DNA of 64,000 nt. It comes from an uncultured Bacillota bacterium (lineage in GTDB: Bacteria > Sysuimicrobiota > Sysuimicrobiia > Sysuimicrobiales > Segetimicrobiaceae). The notes below the pieces were generated by a model. That model was not told the DNA's origin and made no database searches. It saw only the letters and a list, made by a program, of their open reading frames with translations. Position 1 is the first letter of the stretch, and the number at the start of each line of letters is the position of its first letter. The translations under genes and the position numbers were made by a program. The DNA lies in NCBI GenBank assembly GCA_963804645.1, contig CAWDRG010000009.1:32001-96000 (forward strand), in the 5' to 3' direction. Shown here in pieces: positions 47,298 to 58,340 of the stretch.

Positions 47298-48734
47298 TCA
47301 GGACAGCGCGTCGACGTCGTGCGGCATGCTCTCCCGCACGCCGGCGTCGGTCACGCGCATGAACCTCGCGTTCCGGTGCAGTTCGCCGATGGTCGTCGCC
47401 CCGCAGTAGCTCATGCCCGACCGCAGTCCGCCGATCAGCTGGCCGAGGACCGCGGAGACCCGGCCCCGATACGGCACCAGCGCTTCGATTCCTTCGGGCA
47501 CGATCTCGGAGAGCAGCTCGTCGTCCTGCGGCAGGTCGCGCCGCTCGGCGGACGTCCAGAGGCTCGCCATCCCGCGGTACACCTTGTAATGCCGGCCGTT
47601 CCGCGTCACGGACGATCCCGGGCTCTCCTCGGTGCCGGCGAGCAGATTGCCGAGCATCGCGGTCTCCGCGCCGGCGGCGAGCGCCTTGACGAGATCCCCC
47701 GAGGTCCGGATGCCGCCGTCGGCGATGACGGGCACGCCGGAGGCGGCCGCCGCCTCCGCGCAGCTCAGAATCGCCGTCAGCTGCGGCACGCCGGCGCCGG
47801 TCACGATCCGGGTCGTGCACGTCGATCCGGGGCCGACGCCGACCTTGATCCCGTCCGCGCCGGACGCGATCAGGTCCCGGGTCCCTTCCGGGGTCGCGAC
47901 GTTGCCGGCGATCAGCGGGATGTCGCCGCACCGGGCGCGGACGGCCTCCACGGTCGCAAACGCCAGCTCCGAGTGCCCGTGCGCGATGTCGATCACCAGC
48001 ACGTCCACCTCGGCCTCGACCAGCGCCTGGGCGCGCTCGAGATAGTCGCCGCGCACGCCGATCGCCGCGCCGACCCGGAGGCGCCCGCGCCGGTCCTTAG
48101 TGGCCTGCGGGTAGCGCAGGCGATTCTGAATGTCGCGGCTCGTGATGAGCCCGACGAGCCGACCCTCCGAGTCGAGCAGCGGCAGCTTCTCGATGCGGTG
48201 CCGGTGCAGGATGCGCTTCGCGTCCTCCACCGGCGTGCCCACAGGGGCCGTGATGAGACGCTCGCGCGGCGTCATTACGGTCGTGATCGGCCGGTCGAGA
48301 TCGTCCTCGAACAGCAGGTCGCGTGCTGTGACGATCCCGAGCAGCCGCCGGTCGCGGTCGAGCACCAGGACGCTCGCGGGCCCGTGCTCGTCCATGAACC
48401 CGGCGGCGACGCGCACCGTCGCTTCAATCCCAACGGTGTACGGGGTGTCGATCACCACGCTCTCCGCGCGCTTGACGCGGCGTACCTCGCCGACGTGGTC
48501 CGCGATGGTGAGAAACCGGTGGATGATCCCGATCCCGCCCTCGCGCGCGATCGCGATCGCCATCCCGCTCTCGGTCACCGAATCCATGCTCGCGCTCACG
48601 ATCGGCACCGCGAGCTCGATGTCCTTGCACAGGCGCGCCCGGGTGTCGACCTGGCGCCGCGTGTTCACGCCGGACCGCTGCGGCACCAGCAGGACGTCGT
48701 CAAAGGTCAAACCCAACGGCAGGGGTTCGGACAT
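47298..48734 (-). CDS. guaB: IMP dehydrogenase / GMP reductase family protein with CBS pair
   Basis: [69 protein letters not shown]; flap RY dyad missing. Confidence 0.75.
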   Translation of the reverse strand: MSEPLPLGLTFDDVLLVPQRSGVNTRRQVDTRARLCKDIELAVPIVSASMDSVTESGMAIAIAREGGIGIIHRFLTIADHVGEVRRVKRAESVVIDTPYTVGIEATVRVAAGFMDEHGPASVLVLDRDRRLLGIVTARDLLFEDDLDRPITTVMTPRERLITAPVGTPVEDAKRILHRHRIEKLPLLDSEGRLVGLITSRDIQNRLRYPQATKDRRGRLRVGAAIGVRGDYLERAQALVEAEVDVLVIDIAHGHSELAFATVEAVRARCGDIPLIAGNVATPEGTRDLIASGADGIKVGVGPGSTCTTRIVTGAGVPQLTAILSCAEAAAASGVPVIADGGIRTSGDLVKALAAGAETAMLGNLLAGTEESPGSSVTRNGRHYKVYRGMASLWTSAERRDLPQDDELLSEIVPEGIEALVPYRGRVSAVLGQLIGGLRSGMSYCGATTIGELHRNARFMRVTDAGVRESMPHDVDALS

Positions 48735-48795
48735 ACGCGCTCCTCCGTAGAAGAAACCACGCCAACGATACCACGAGGGGTGTTACTATGGAAGA

Positions 48796-50118
48796 GTGAC
48801 ACCGCGCGATCCGACCCCTCTCAGCGGGCCGGGAGACGCGTCCGGCGGCCGGAGCGTCAACCCGTTCGTGGCGCTCAGGCACCGCAACTTCCGGCTGTTT
48901 TTCTTCGGCCAGCTGATCTCGTTCGCCGGCACGTGGATGCAGCGCATCGCCCAGGCCTGGCTGGTGCTGCAGCTCACCAACTCACCGTTCCTGCTCGGCA
49001 TCGTCGGCGCACTCCAGTGGACGCCGATGCTCCTGCTCTCCCTCGTCGGCGGCGTCGTCGCCGACCGGGTCAACAAGCGCAACCTGATCGTCGTGACCCA
49101 GACGCTGCAGCTGCTGCAGGCGTTTGGCCTCGGCTTCTTAGTGTTGAGCGGAGACGTCCGGTACTGGCACATTCTGGTGTTCGCCACGGCGCTCGGCGTC
49201 ACCGCGGCGTTCGACAACCCGGCCCGACAGGCGTTTCTGTTTGACATGGTCGAGGGGACCGACACGATGAATGCAATCGCCCTGAACTCCACGATCGTCA
49301 ACAGCGCCCGGCTGTTCGGACCGGCGATCGCCGGCATCGCGACCGGGTCGCTCGGGATCGGGTACGCGTTCATCGCCAACGGCGTGAGCTTCATCCCCGT
49401 CATCGCCGCACTGCTCATGATGCGGCTCGAACCGACGCAGCCCGTCCAGACGGAGGCCGGCATGCTCGACCACCTGCGCGACGGGCTGGCGTACCTCTTC
49501 CGCACGCCGACGGCGCTGCAGCTGCTCACCCTGATGGGCGTCTACAGCATCTTCGTGATGAACTTCAATATCATCGTGCCCGTCTTCGCGAAAAACGTCC
49601 TCCACCAGGATGCGACCGGGTTCGGCCTGCTCACGTCCGCGCAGGGCGCGGGCGCGGTGCTGGCGGCCCTGGCGGTCGCCTCGTTCAGCTCGTACGGACC
49701 GCACCCGCGGCTCGTGTACGGCGGGGCCGTGCTCCTGGGCGTGATGGTCATCCTGCTCGCGGGTGTGCACCAGTTCGGCCTCGCGGCGCTCGCGCTGGCC
49801 GGGTGCGGCGTCAGCATGGTGGTCTTCACCGCCACGGTGAACACCGCGCTGCAGGTCGCCACCCCGGACAACCTGCGCGGACGCGTGATGTCCGTCTACT
49901 CCCTGGTCAACGGCGGCTTTACCCCGGCCGGCGCGCTCTTCACGGGCGGCGTCGCGGAACTGTGGGGCGCGCCGGCGGAGCTCGCGATCGCCGGCACGAT
50001 CGGGCTCGGTTCCGCCCTGGCGGTCTACCGGTGGCACCGGCGCACACCGTGGGCGACCGCCGACTCCCTGGCCGCGCTCGACGCGGCGCCCGCCGAAGGC
50101 AACGGAGGCGAACAATGA
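48796..50118 (+). CDS. MFS transporter (DitE/EntS-like)
   Basis: ALRHRNFRLFF.GQLIS..GTWMQ, GGVVADR, FDNPARQA, LRGRVMSVY. Confidence 0.85.
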   Translation: MTPRDPTPLSGPGDASGGRSVNPFVALRHRNFRLFFFGQLISFAGTWMQRIAQAWLVLQLTNSPFLLGIVGALQWTPMLLLSLVGGVVADRVNKRNLIVVTQTLQLLQAFGLGFLVLSGDVRYWHILVFATALGVTAAFDNPARQAFLFDMVEGTDTMNAIALNSTIVNSARLFGPAIAGIATGSLGIGYAFIANGVSFIPVIAALLMMRLEPTQPVQTEAGMLDHLRDGLAYLFRTPTALQLLTLMGVYSIFVMNFNIIVPVFAKNVLHQDATGFGLLTSAQGAGAVLAALAVASFSSYGPHPRLVYGGAVLLGVMVILLAGVHQFGLAALALAGCGVSMVVFTATVNTALQVATPDNLRGRVMSVYSLVNGGFTPAGALFTGGVAELWGAPAELAIAGTIGLGSALAVYRWHRRTPWATADSLAALDAAPAEGNGGEQ

Positions 50119-50870
50119 GGCGCTGCGGCCGCTTCGCCGCGGGCCTGGCGGTGCTGGCCGCCTCGGTCCTGCTGTGCAGGGCCGAGGCCGCGCAGGCGCC
50201 GCTGCGCTTCACCATGGTGACGACAAAGCAGAGCGGCTCCCACTGGTCGACGACGGTCGTCTACCCGCAGTTCGACGGAGGATCGCCGCTCGCGGCGCTC
50301 GCCAACCATACGCTCGCGACGCGGGAGATCGCCGCCGCGGTGACGTTCGGTCTCACCGCGGCGGAACAGTTCAAAAAGCTGGGGCCGCCGACCGCGGACT
50401 ATTTTCACGACACCGGAGCGACCGTCTCCCTCACCGATCCCGCACTCCTGAGCGCGTATTTCGAGACGGAGGAGTACTCCGGAGGCGCGCACCCAAACCG
50501 GTTCTATACCGGGTACACGTTCGGGAGCGTGCACGGCCGCCCGGCGCCCGTGACGCTCCAGGACCTCTTCCGCCCCGGGGTCGACGGGGTCAAGACCGCG
50601 TCGGATCTGCTGATTGCCCGGCTGCGCCAGAACCCGAATGCGACGTTCGTCCGGGATGGCACCGTGACCTCGATCGAATTCAACGGCGTCGCCGGGAGCC
50701 CCCAGGTAGGGGCCACGGCGTTCGTCGTCACACCGCAGGCGATCGTGTTCCTGCTCCCGCCGTACGCCGTGGGCGCCTACGTCGACGGCTCATTCGTCGT
50801 CAAGGTCGCGTTTGACGCGTTCGGCGGGCGCCTGGACACCACGGGACCGCTGCATCCGGTCCTCCCCTAG
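50115..50870 (+). CDS. Exported RsiV/PdaC-like (DUF4163-DUF3298) protein
   Basis: Signal peptide; VVYPQF, YSGGAHPN, VTLQDLF, PYAVGAYVDG. Confidence 0.75.
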   Translation: MRRCGRFAAGLAVLAASVLLCRAEAAQAPLRFTMVTTKQSGSHWSTTVVYPQFDGGSPLAALANHTLATREIAAAVTFGLTAAEQFKKLGPPTADYFHDTGATVSLTDPALLSAYFETEEYSGGAHPNRFYTGYTFGSVHGRPAPVTLQDLFRPGVDGVKTASDLLIARLRQNPNATFVRDGTVTSIEFNGVAGSPQVGATAFVVTPQAIVFLLPPYAVGAYVDGSFVVKVAFDAFGGRLDTTGPLHPVLP

Positions 50871-50990
50871 CGGACGACCGCCCACGGCGCGGGAGGGACC
50901 GGCGCGCCGGACGCCAATCTCTGCATGGGCCGATCCCCACAGATCATCTCCGGTCCGAAGCCCGCAGCCTGCGTCGAGAGGAGCACGAGC

Positions 50991-52469
50991 ATGCGCATCG
51001 CGATCGGCCAAGTCGCCCACGAGACCAACACGTTCTGTCGGGGTCTCACCGAGGTCGATGAGTTCAAAGCGAAGGAATGGGCGCACGGTCCGCAACTTCT
51101 GTCCCAGCATCGCGGTGTCCGCAGCTACCTCGGCGGGATGCTGGACGCCGGCGAACGGCTCGGGATCGACCTCGTCCCGACGTTCGCGACGCACGCCACG
51201 CCGTCCGGGACGATCAGCCGGAGCGCCTACGAGATGATCGCCTCCGAATTGCTGAACGGCCTTCGCTCGGCTGGGCGCGTCGACGCGATCTGCCTCGCGC
51301 TGCACGGCGCCGGCGTCGCCGAGGGCGCCGACGATCTCGAGGGGGATCTGCTGGCCCGGATTCGCGCGATGACCGGCCGCACGCTGCCCATCATCGTCAC
51401 CCTCGACTTGCACGCCAACGTCACGCCGGAGATGGCGCGGGAAGCAACCGCGCTCCTCAGCGTGAACTTCTACCCGCACGTGGACTCGTACGAGCGCGGC
51501 GGCGAGGCCGTGACGCTGGCGCACCGGATGGTGACGGACGGCATCGTTCCGCGCATGCATCTCAGCCGCATCCCGATGATCGTCCCCACGACCGCGACCA
51601 GCCTGAGCCCGGTCAAGGAATTCAACGAACGGTGCTGGGCGTGGGAGAAGAAACCGGGAATCATCGACTGCACGTTTGTCCACGGGTTCGCCCACACCGA
51701 CATCCCGTCGATCAGCGCGTCGGTCATCGCGATCGCCGACGGCAGCGCGGAGCTCGCGCGCCAGGCCGCCGACGACGTCGCCTCCTACGCGTGGCAGCAC
51801 CGCGAGGGGCTCATCCGCCGCTGCCCCGGGCCCGCGGAGGCGATCCGGATGGCGCTCGCGCTCGACGGCGGTCCCGTCGTCATCAATGAGACGTCGGACA
51901 ATCCCGGGGGAGGATCTCCGGGAGACGGCACGTATCTCCTGCGGGCGATGCTGGAGGCCCGGGCGGCCAGCGCGTGCTTCGGCTTCATCTATGATCCTCA
52001 GACAGCCGCCCAGGCGCACGACGCCGGCGTCGGCGCGACCATCCACGTGCGCCTCGGCGGGAGGACGGACCGCATGCACGGCGAGCCGATCGAGGCGGAC
52101 GCGTACGTGGCGGACCTCACGGACGGCCGGTTCATCCGACAGTCACCGATGGGCCGGGGCGCGCAGGTCGATCTCGGCCGGATGGCCCGCCTCCGGATCG
52201 GCACCGTGGACGTGCTCGTCTCCTCGGTGCGGGAGCAGACGCTCGACGCGGAGGTGTTTCTGCACCACGGCATCGACGTCACGCGCTACAAGATCGTGGC
52301 GCTGAAATCGAGCCAGCACTTCCGCGCGGGGTTCGAGCCCCTCGCGGCGCACATCCTGACCGCCGACTCTCCCGGCCTGACGACGCTGGATCTCACTTCG
52401 TTTCCGTACCATCGTGTCGACCGCCCGGTGTGGCCGCTCGACGCCGACACCCGATACCAGCCCGCCTGA
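50991..52469 (+). CDS. M81-family metallopeptidase (MlrC-like)
   Basis: HETNTF, LALHGA, DLEG, TLDLHAN, YPHVD, SDNPGGGSPGD, KSSQHFRAGF. Confidence 0.9.
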   Translation: MRIAIGQVAHETNTFCRGLTEVDEFKAKEWAHGPQLLSQHRGVRSYLGGMLDAGERLGIDLVPTFATHATPSGTISRSAYEMIASELLNGLRSAGRVDAICLALHGAGVAEGADDLEGDLLARIRAMTGRTLPIIVTLDLHANVTPEMAREATALLSVNFYPHVDSYERGGEAVTLAHRMVTDGIVPRMHLSRIPMIVPTTATSLSPVKEFNERCWAWEKKPGIIDCTFVHGFAHTDIPSISASVIAIADGSAELARQAADDVASYAWQHREGLIRRCPGPAEAIRMALALDGGPVVINETSDNPGGGSPGDGTYLLRAMLEARAASACFGFIYDPQTAAQAHDAGVGATIHVRLGGRTDRMHGEPIEADAYVADLTDGRFIRQSPMGRGAQVDLGRMARLRIGTVDVLVSSVREQTLDAEVFLHHGIDVTRYKIVALKSSQHFRAGFEPLAAHILTADSPGLTTLDLTSFPYHRVDRPVWPLDADTRYQPA

Positions 52470-52528
52470 CGGCGCGCCCGCCTAGTCGAGTCAGATCAAT
52501 CAGGTCATTCGGAGGTGCCGGAGTGCTG

Positions 52529-54319
52529 ATGTACGACGTCCGCTTCGAGCGCAACATCATGATGCGGCTCCAGGACGGCACGCGGCTCGCCACGGACGTC
52601 TATCTTCCGACCAGCACGCCGGGCCCCTGGCCGGCAATCCTCGAGCGCACGCCGTACGACAAACTCGCCCCGAGCAGCGTCATGGCCGCGAATTTCTTCG
52701 CCAGCCACGGCTACGCGGTCGTCCGCCAGGACGTGCGCGGACGCTTCGCGTCGGAGGGCGAGTTCTATCCGTTCGGGAACGAGGGCCCGGACGGCGTGGA
52801 GACCGTGGCCTGGACGCGCGCGCAGCCCTGGTGCGACGGGCGCGTCGCGACCGTGGGGCTGTCGTACTCGTCCTGCACCCAGACCGGGCTGGCCGCGCTC
52901 AACCCGCCGGGCCTGGCCGCGCAGTTTGTCGCCCACGGCTTCCACAACTATCACGCCGCGTCGATGCGCCAGGGCGGTGCGCTCGAGGTGCGCTTTTTCC
53001 TGTACGCGTTCATGATGGCGACGACGTCCCGTGAAGTCGCCGCCGATCCCGTCAAGCGCGCCGCGATGCGCCAAGCGTGGGGCGACATCCGCGCGTGGCT
53101 GCGCCGCCAGCCGCTCAAGCCCGGCGTCAGCCCGCTGCGGCACGTGCCGTCGTACGAGCGGTGGCTCATGGACATCTGGCAGCATGGCGAGTACGACGAC
53201 TACTGGCGCAGCCGCCCGGCGTACACCATCGACGACCTGTACGATCAGCACGCCGACGTCCCGATCTACCTGTGCGGAAGCTGGTACGACTCGTACGCGC
53301 GCTCCACGGTCACGAACTACGTGGAGTTCGGCCGGCGCAAGCGCGGTCCGATCCGCCTCGTGATGGGGCCGTGGATCCACGGCGGCGCGAACCTCGACCT
53401 CGCGAACTCCGGCGACGCCGAGTTCGGCCCGGACGCCCCGCTCGGGTACAACTACTTCCGCCTTCGCTGGTTCGACGCGGTGCTCAAAGGCGCGCAGAAC
53501 GGCATGCTCGACAAGCCCCCGGTGCAGCTGTTCGTGATGGGCGGCGGCTCGGGGCGCAAGACGCTCGAGACCGGCCGCCTCGACGTCGGAGGACGGTGGC
53601 GGTTCGAGCAGGAGTGGCCGCTGCGGCGCACCGAGTACACGCCGTTCTACCTGCAGCCGAACGGCGGCCTGGCCCCGACGGCGCCGCCCGACGGGGCCGC
53701 GCCATCACGCTATGTGTTCGACCCGAAGGACCCGGTGCCGACGATCGGCGGCAACATCTCGGTCGGGTACGACCTGATGCCGGGAGGCGGGTTCGACCAG
53801 CGGGGCGGCCCCCACGTCTTCGGCGCGAAGGACTCGCTCCCGCTCGGCGCGCGCCAGGACGTCCTGGTCTTCTCGACGCCCGCGCTCGACCGCGACGTGG
53901 AAGTCACCGGCACCGTGGTCGTGCAGCTGTGGGCGGCGTCGACCGCGCCCGACACCGACTTCACCGCCAAGCTGATCGACGTCTACCCGCCGAACCCGGA
54001 TTATCCCGACGGGTACGAGCTCAACATCGGCGACTCGATCATCCGCGCGCGGTACCGAAATTCGTGGGAGACGCCGGAGCTGATGGAGCCCGGCCGCCCG
54101 TACGAATTTACGATCACGCTCTACCCGACGAGCCTCGTGTTCCAGCGCGGGCACCAGATCCGCGTCCACATCTCGTCGTCGAACTTCCCGCGATTCGACG
54201 TCAACCCGAACACCGGCGGCCCGCTCGGACGCGAACTCGTGACGCAGACCGCGGTACAGACGATCTTTCACGACGCGGCGCGTCCGTCGCGCGTCGTCCT
54301 GCCGATCATCCCGGCCTAA
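52529..54319 (+). CDS. CocE/NonD family serine hydrolase (S15-like)
   Basis: RLATDVY, ERTPYDK, QDVRGR..SEG, GLSY nucleophile, WYD, GPWIH, DTDFTAKLIDV, SSSNFPRFDVN. Confidence 0.9.
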   Translation: MYDVRFERNIMMRLQDGTRLATDVYLPTSTPGPWPAILERTPYDKLAPSSVMAANFFASHGYAVVRQDVRGRFASEGEFYPFGNEGPDGVETVAWTRAQPWCDGRVATVGLSYSSCTQTGLAALNPPGLAAQFVAHGFHNYHAASMRQGGALEVRFFLYAFMMATTSREVAADPVKRAAMRQAWGDIRAWLRRQPLKPGVSPLRHVPSYERWLMDIWQHGEYDDYWRSRPAYTIDDLYDQHADVPIYLCGSWYDSYARSTVTNYVEFGRRKRGPIRLVMGPWIHGGANLDLANSGDAEFGPDAPLGYNYFRLRWFDAVLKGAQNGMLDKPPVQLFVMGGGSGRKTLETGRLDVGGRWRFEQEWPLRRTEYTPFYLQPNGGLAPTAPPDGAAPSRYVFDPKDPVPTIGGNISVGYDLMPGGGFDQRGGPHVFGAKDSLPLGARQDVLVFSTPALDRDVEVTGTVVVQLWAASTAPDTDFTAKLIDVYPPNPDYPDGYELNIGDSIIRARYRNSWETPELMEPGRPYEFTITLYPTSLVFQRGHQIRVHISSSNFPRFDVNPNTGGPLGRELVTQTAVQTIFHDAARPSRVVLPIIPA

Positions 54320-54359
54320 CCGGACTCGGCGACGCCGGGCGCGCACAATCACGCCGCGG

Positions 54360-55994
54360 TTAGTACCCCGCCGCGATCGCGGGATGATACGGATCTGCGC
54401 CTCCATGCAGGAGGCCGTCCGCGGCGTGTCGAGCAATCGCGACAGGACTAGAGAACAGCCGAGGCAGCATATCCTCGTCCACGCAGACAAGCGGGTGCCC
54501 GCGCTGCCGCAAGCCGTCGCGAACCGCGGCCGGGATACGCTGATCGACATTGACTTGTGGCCCGCTCGCGTCGATACGCGGCGCCGCGATCGCACTTTGC
54601 ACGTCCATCGCGAAGGACATGCAATTCAGAATAACCTGGCACACGCCGTCGAGAATCCGGCGGCCGCCGGACGCGCCGACAGCGAGGACCGGACCGCCTT
54701 CCGAAAACACGACGGCCGGCGTCATGCTCGATAGCGGGCGCCGCCCTGGACCGATCGAATTGGCGCGCCCCGGAACCGGGTCGAACCACATCATCCCGTT
54801 GTTGAGCACGACGCCCGTTCCCGGCACGAGCATGCGTGACCCAAACCACGACAGCAGCGTCTGTGTCAGGGACACCGCCGTCCCCGTTCCGTCGACCACG
54901 CACAGGTGAGTCGTGCTCGACGCGTCCGGCACGTGGATGTCCCAGGGCGTCGCGTGATCGTTCGAGATCCTGCGCCGGTGGCCGGCCGTCCGCGTGCGAC
55001 TCGTCGGAAGACCCCAGCCCACTTCTTCGCCGAAGCGCGCGAGGCGATCGCCGAGCGCGGCATGGGTCGCCTCGATCAGCCAATGCAGATAATCGGTCGT
55101 ATTGTGTCCCCGCGACTCGAGATCAAGACCGCCGAGGATGTCAAACATCTCCGCGAGCGTCACGCCCGAATGCGGCCCGGGTGCCACGGCGACCTGATAG
55201 CCGGGCGTGTGACACACCCACGCAGGCTCAATGACCGGCTGAAACTCCGCGAGATCATCCCCCGTCAACACACCTCCACCGCGCTGGATCGCGTCCACCA
55301 TGAGCCGCGCCACAGGACCGCAGTAAAATGCATCCGGCCCCTCGGAGGCAATCGCCTCAAGCGTGCGGGCCAACTCCGGTTGGCGGAGTCGTTGGGGGCT
55401 CGCGGGCGACGAAATCATCGGGGGGACGCCGTCGGGTAGAAAGATCTGTGCAGCCGCGTCGTACCGCTGGAGCAGAGGGGCATCGAGGGCGATCTGCATG
55501 ACGGTCGTCCAGTGGATCGGAAACCCATCACGGGCAAGCGCGATCGCTGGTCGAAGCACCTCGGCAAGCGGCATCGTGCCGAATCGCGCGAGCGCCGCAG
55601 CGAGACCGCGGGGCACGCCGGGAACGGCCACGGACAGCGGACCGTGAATATTCGCATCGTTGGACACGGATCGCCACCAGCCTGTCTCCTGGTCGATGCC
55701 GGGTCCGAGCGGAAACATGTCGGCGCGGGCCGCGGCGGGAGCCCGTACCCCATAGTCCACCGCCACCGGGGCCGAGTTCGGGGAGGACACGATGAGGACG
55801 CCGGCTCCCCCCAATCCGCTCGCCCACGGCTCAACGACGCCGACGGCAAATGCCGTCGCCACCGCGGCGTCGACCGCGTTGCCGCCCTGTTGAAGAATGC
55901 GGAGTCCGGCACGCGCCGCCAACGGATGTTTGGCCGCAACGATCCCGTGCGCCGCGGTCACCAAATTCTTGCTAAACTGCCAGCCGCTCTCCAT
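54360..55994 (-). CDS. Gamma-glutamyltransferase family protein
   Basis: GGNAVDAA, SGLGGAG, AVPG, STTHL nucleophile, LNNGM, PGRRPLSSM, GASGG. Confidence 0.88.
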   Translation of the reverse strand: MESGWQFSKNLVTAAHGIVAAKHPLAARAGLRILQQGGNAVDAAVATAFAVGVVEPWASGLGGAGVLIVSSPNSAPVAVDYGVRAPAAARADMFPLGPGIDQETGWWRSVSNDANIHGPLSVAVPGVPRGLAAALARFGTMPLAEVLRPAIALARDGFPIHWTTVMQIALDAPLLQRYDAAAQIFLPDGVPPMISSPASPQRLRQPELARTLEAIASEGPDAFYCGPVARLMVDAIQRGGGVLTGDDLAEFQPVIEPAWVCHTPGYQVAVAPGPHSGVTLAEMFDILGGLDLESRGHNTTDYLHWLIEATHAALGDRLARFGEEVGWGLPTSRTRTAGHRRRISNDHATPWDIHVPDASSTTHLCVVDGTGTAVSLTQTLLSWFGSRMLVPGTGVVLNNGMMWFDPVPGRANSIGPGRRPLSSMTPAVVFSEGGPVLAVGASGGRRILDGVCQVILNCMSFAMDVQSAIAAPRIDASGPQVNVDQRIPAAVRDGLRQRGHPLVCVDEDMLPRLFSSPVAIARHAADGLLHGGADPYHPAIAAGY

Positions 55995-56164
55995 CAAGTG
56001 GGCTCCGCTCCCAACGCCTCGTCTCGCGTTCGCGCGCTACGCCCGACACATTCGCCGAGCATGCCGTCGCCGATGCGTACGGTGAGGCGAAAGACGCGGA
56101 TCACACAAGGCGGTTCGACATGCAGCCGTCGGAATGCGCGGCGTCCCGCGGATCGGGGCGCGGG

Positions 56165-56968
56165 TTACCCGCCGTCGAGCGCCTTCCGCATCGCCTCGCC
56201 GTTCTGCTGGCACCAGTTGAACCACACCGTCACGTCCATCCCGATGCAAAAATGCCGTACGCCGATGTCGAGATAGTACTTCGCCTCATCCGGCGAGTCG
56301 ATCTCGCAGCGAGGAGGCACGCCCAGTCTCAGCGCCGTCTCAAAGACGCGCCTCTCGACCGCTTTGATCTCCGAACTCCCTGTCTGCCCAGGCCGCCCGA
56401 CGTTGAGGCTGTAATCGGAGGGGCCCCATTGAATCATATCAACACCGGGCAGGGACAGAATCTCCTCGAGTTGCTCGACCGCCTCCTTTTTCTCGATCAT
56501 CAACACGACGACCACATCACGAATGGCTTGGACATACTCCCGCGGCCCCTGTTCGGACGCGCCCACAGAAAACTTGTAGGCTTGCCGCCGAAACGTCGCC
56601 CCGTAGGAGCCTCCGTCCTCCGGAGTGTCGGGTCGCGCGGCCCGGACGCACTCCCGGGCGTCGGCGGCGTTTCGGCAATCCGCAAACAACACGCTGCCGA
56701 AGCCCGCGCCGATCGCCCGCTGTGCAAGAAACGTACGCGGCTGTTGGTCCACCTTGATCATCGAAGCGAGATCAAACAACTCGGCGGTCCGGCACAAGTT
56801 CTCGAGCCCCGCCAAATCGAACGACGTGTCCTCTGCCACGAACTCGACGTAATCGAACCTGCCGGCGTGGCCGACGAATTCAACCATCGCGGGCCATGTG
56901 CTGAGGAGATGGGTCCCGAGCGTCGGCTTGCCTGCCGCCAGCAACTCGCGGAGTTTATTGCGCCGCAC
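56165..56968 (-). CDS. HpcH/HpaI-family class II aldolase
   Basis: NKLRELLAAGKPTLG, VVLMIE, EEILSLPGVD..WGPSD. Confidence 0.82.
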   Translation of the reverse strand: MRRNKLRELLAAGKPTLGTHLLSTWPAMVEFVGHAGRFDYVEFVAEDTSFDLAGLENLCRTAELFDLASMIKVDQQPRTFLAQRAIGAGFGSVLFADCRNAADARECVRAARPDTPEDGGSYGATFRRQAYKFSVGASEQGPREYVQAIRDVVVVLMIEKKEAVEQLEEILSLPGVDMIQWGPSDYSLNVGRPGQTGSSEIKAVERRVFETALRLGVPPRCEIDSPDEAKYYLDIGVRHFCIGMDVTVWFNWCQQNGEAMRKALDGG

Positions 56969-57027
56969 GATCGCTCTCCACCGAGACGTCCGGCTGCGCG
57001 CCTCGCATGCGATCAGGTCCCCCTCCG

Positions 57028-58017
57028 CTATGAACCCGCATTCGAGTGCAGAAGCGCCGCCCTAGGGTGCACCGTCGGGTTGACCACGTGTCGCGGCCAC
57101 TCGCCGTGCAACAGCCGTTCCACGGCGTCACACGCCGCTTCACGAATTCGGCGGTGGGACTCGACGGTATAGCCGGCGATGTGCGGTGACAGAATAACGT
57201 TCGGCAGGGTCAGAAGCACGTGCCCTTGAGGAAGCGGTTCGACCGGGAACACGTCCAGGGCGGCGCCCGCGATCCAACGCTCGGTGAGCGCTTGAATGAG
57301 CGGCCGTTCGTCCACGATGGCTCCTCGGGCCGTGTTAATCAAGTAGGCGGTCGGCTTCATGAGGCGCAGTTCCGCCTCGCCCACCAACCCGGCCGTATCC
57401 GGCGTCAACGGAGCGTGTATGGTGACGTAATCAGAAATTCGCAGCAGGTTCTCGAGCGATTCGGGTGCCGCATCATCGATGGGCGAGGTCGGCACGTAGG
57501 GGTCGAAGTAGACGATGCGGCAGCCAAACGCGTTCACCCGTCGTGCCATCGCCTGTCCAATGTGCCCAAATCCGATGATTCCCACGGTTTGGCTGCTGAG
57601 GCTGTGGAACCCGCGAAACGGATCCCAGTTCCAGTCGGTGCGCCGCACGGCACGGTCAAGGTCCGCCAGCCGGCGCGAACACATCAGCAACATCGCGACC
57701 GCGTGATCGGCGACCTCCGCATACCCGAACAGCGGCGTGTTGGCCACGACGATGCCCAACTCCGTGGCAGCGGCGACGTCGATGCAATCCGCGCCGGTGC
57801 CGTAGAAGACGACCAGTCGACATGCGGTCAGTGCTTCCAGCGTCTCCCGCGACAGCGGCGCCCCCAGATTGAAGAGGACGTCGGCGCCGGCCGCGATCCG
57901 CCGCACGACCAGCTCGCCCGGGTCTGAAAGGACGACGTCGATCCCGAGCGCGCCCAGCCGCTGCGCCTCGTAGTCGAACGGACGGCATATGGGGTCGTCG
58001 GAAATTACGACCTTCAC
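57028..58017 (-). CDS. D-isomer-specific 2-hydroxyacid dehydrogenase (CtBP/SerA-like)
   Basis: EVADHA, GIIGFGHIG, HAPLT, INTARG, AALDV..EP, SPHIAG. Confidence 0.88.
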   Translation of the reverse strand: MKVVISDDPICRPFDYEAQRLGALGIDVVLSDPGELVVRRIAAGADVLFNLGAPLSRETLEALTACRLVVFYGTGADCIDVAAATELGIVVANTPLFGYAEVADHAVAMLLMCSRRLADLDRAVRRTDWNWDPFRGFHSLSSQTVGIIGFGHIGQAMARRVNAFGCRIVYFDPYVPTSPIDDAAPESLENLLRISDYVTIHAPLTPDTAGLVGEAELRLMKPTAYLINTARGAIVDERPLIQALTERWIAGAALDVFPVEPLPQGHVLLTLPNVILSPHIAGYTVESHRRIREAACDAVERLLHGEWPRHVVNPTVHPRAALLHSNAGS

Positions 58018-58340
58018 GCTTCTTCCCCTCGTCGTCTCAAGAGTTGTGAGTCACGCGGCCGACCCATGAGAGACCCACCCCGTCAGCGAGCGTCGTGGAG
58101 TGCCAACGCCGCCGCAGTCGCCACGGCGCGGCAGTCTGGACGATTCAGCACTCTCGGCAGCGCTGGGGATCCGCAACACACAGAGGACCCCGTGAGGCAG
58201 GACCGGTGGAACGCGATGGAGAACACGCGGAAGCGCAGTACACCGCACGTCCGAGCATTCTGCGGAACGGCTGCTTTCCCTGCACAACATCGGGAGTGAC
58301 GCGCGAATGCGACCTCTGCCGGGCTTCGAGTGGGGCTCAC

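Noticed and set aside
50991..52469. Microcystin degradation (mlr) cluster
   Set aside because: Only an MlrC-family gene is present; no mlrA, mlrB or mlrD equivalents, and M81 peptidases are widespread.
58018..58340. ncRNA or small ORF in the long divergent intergenic region
   Set aside because: No recognisable RNA motif or credible coding signal; most likely divergent promoters and operators.
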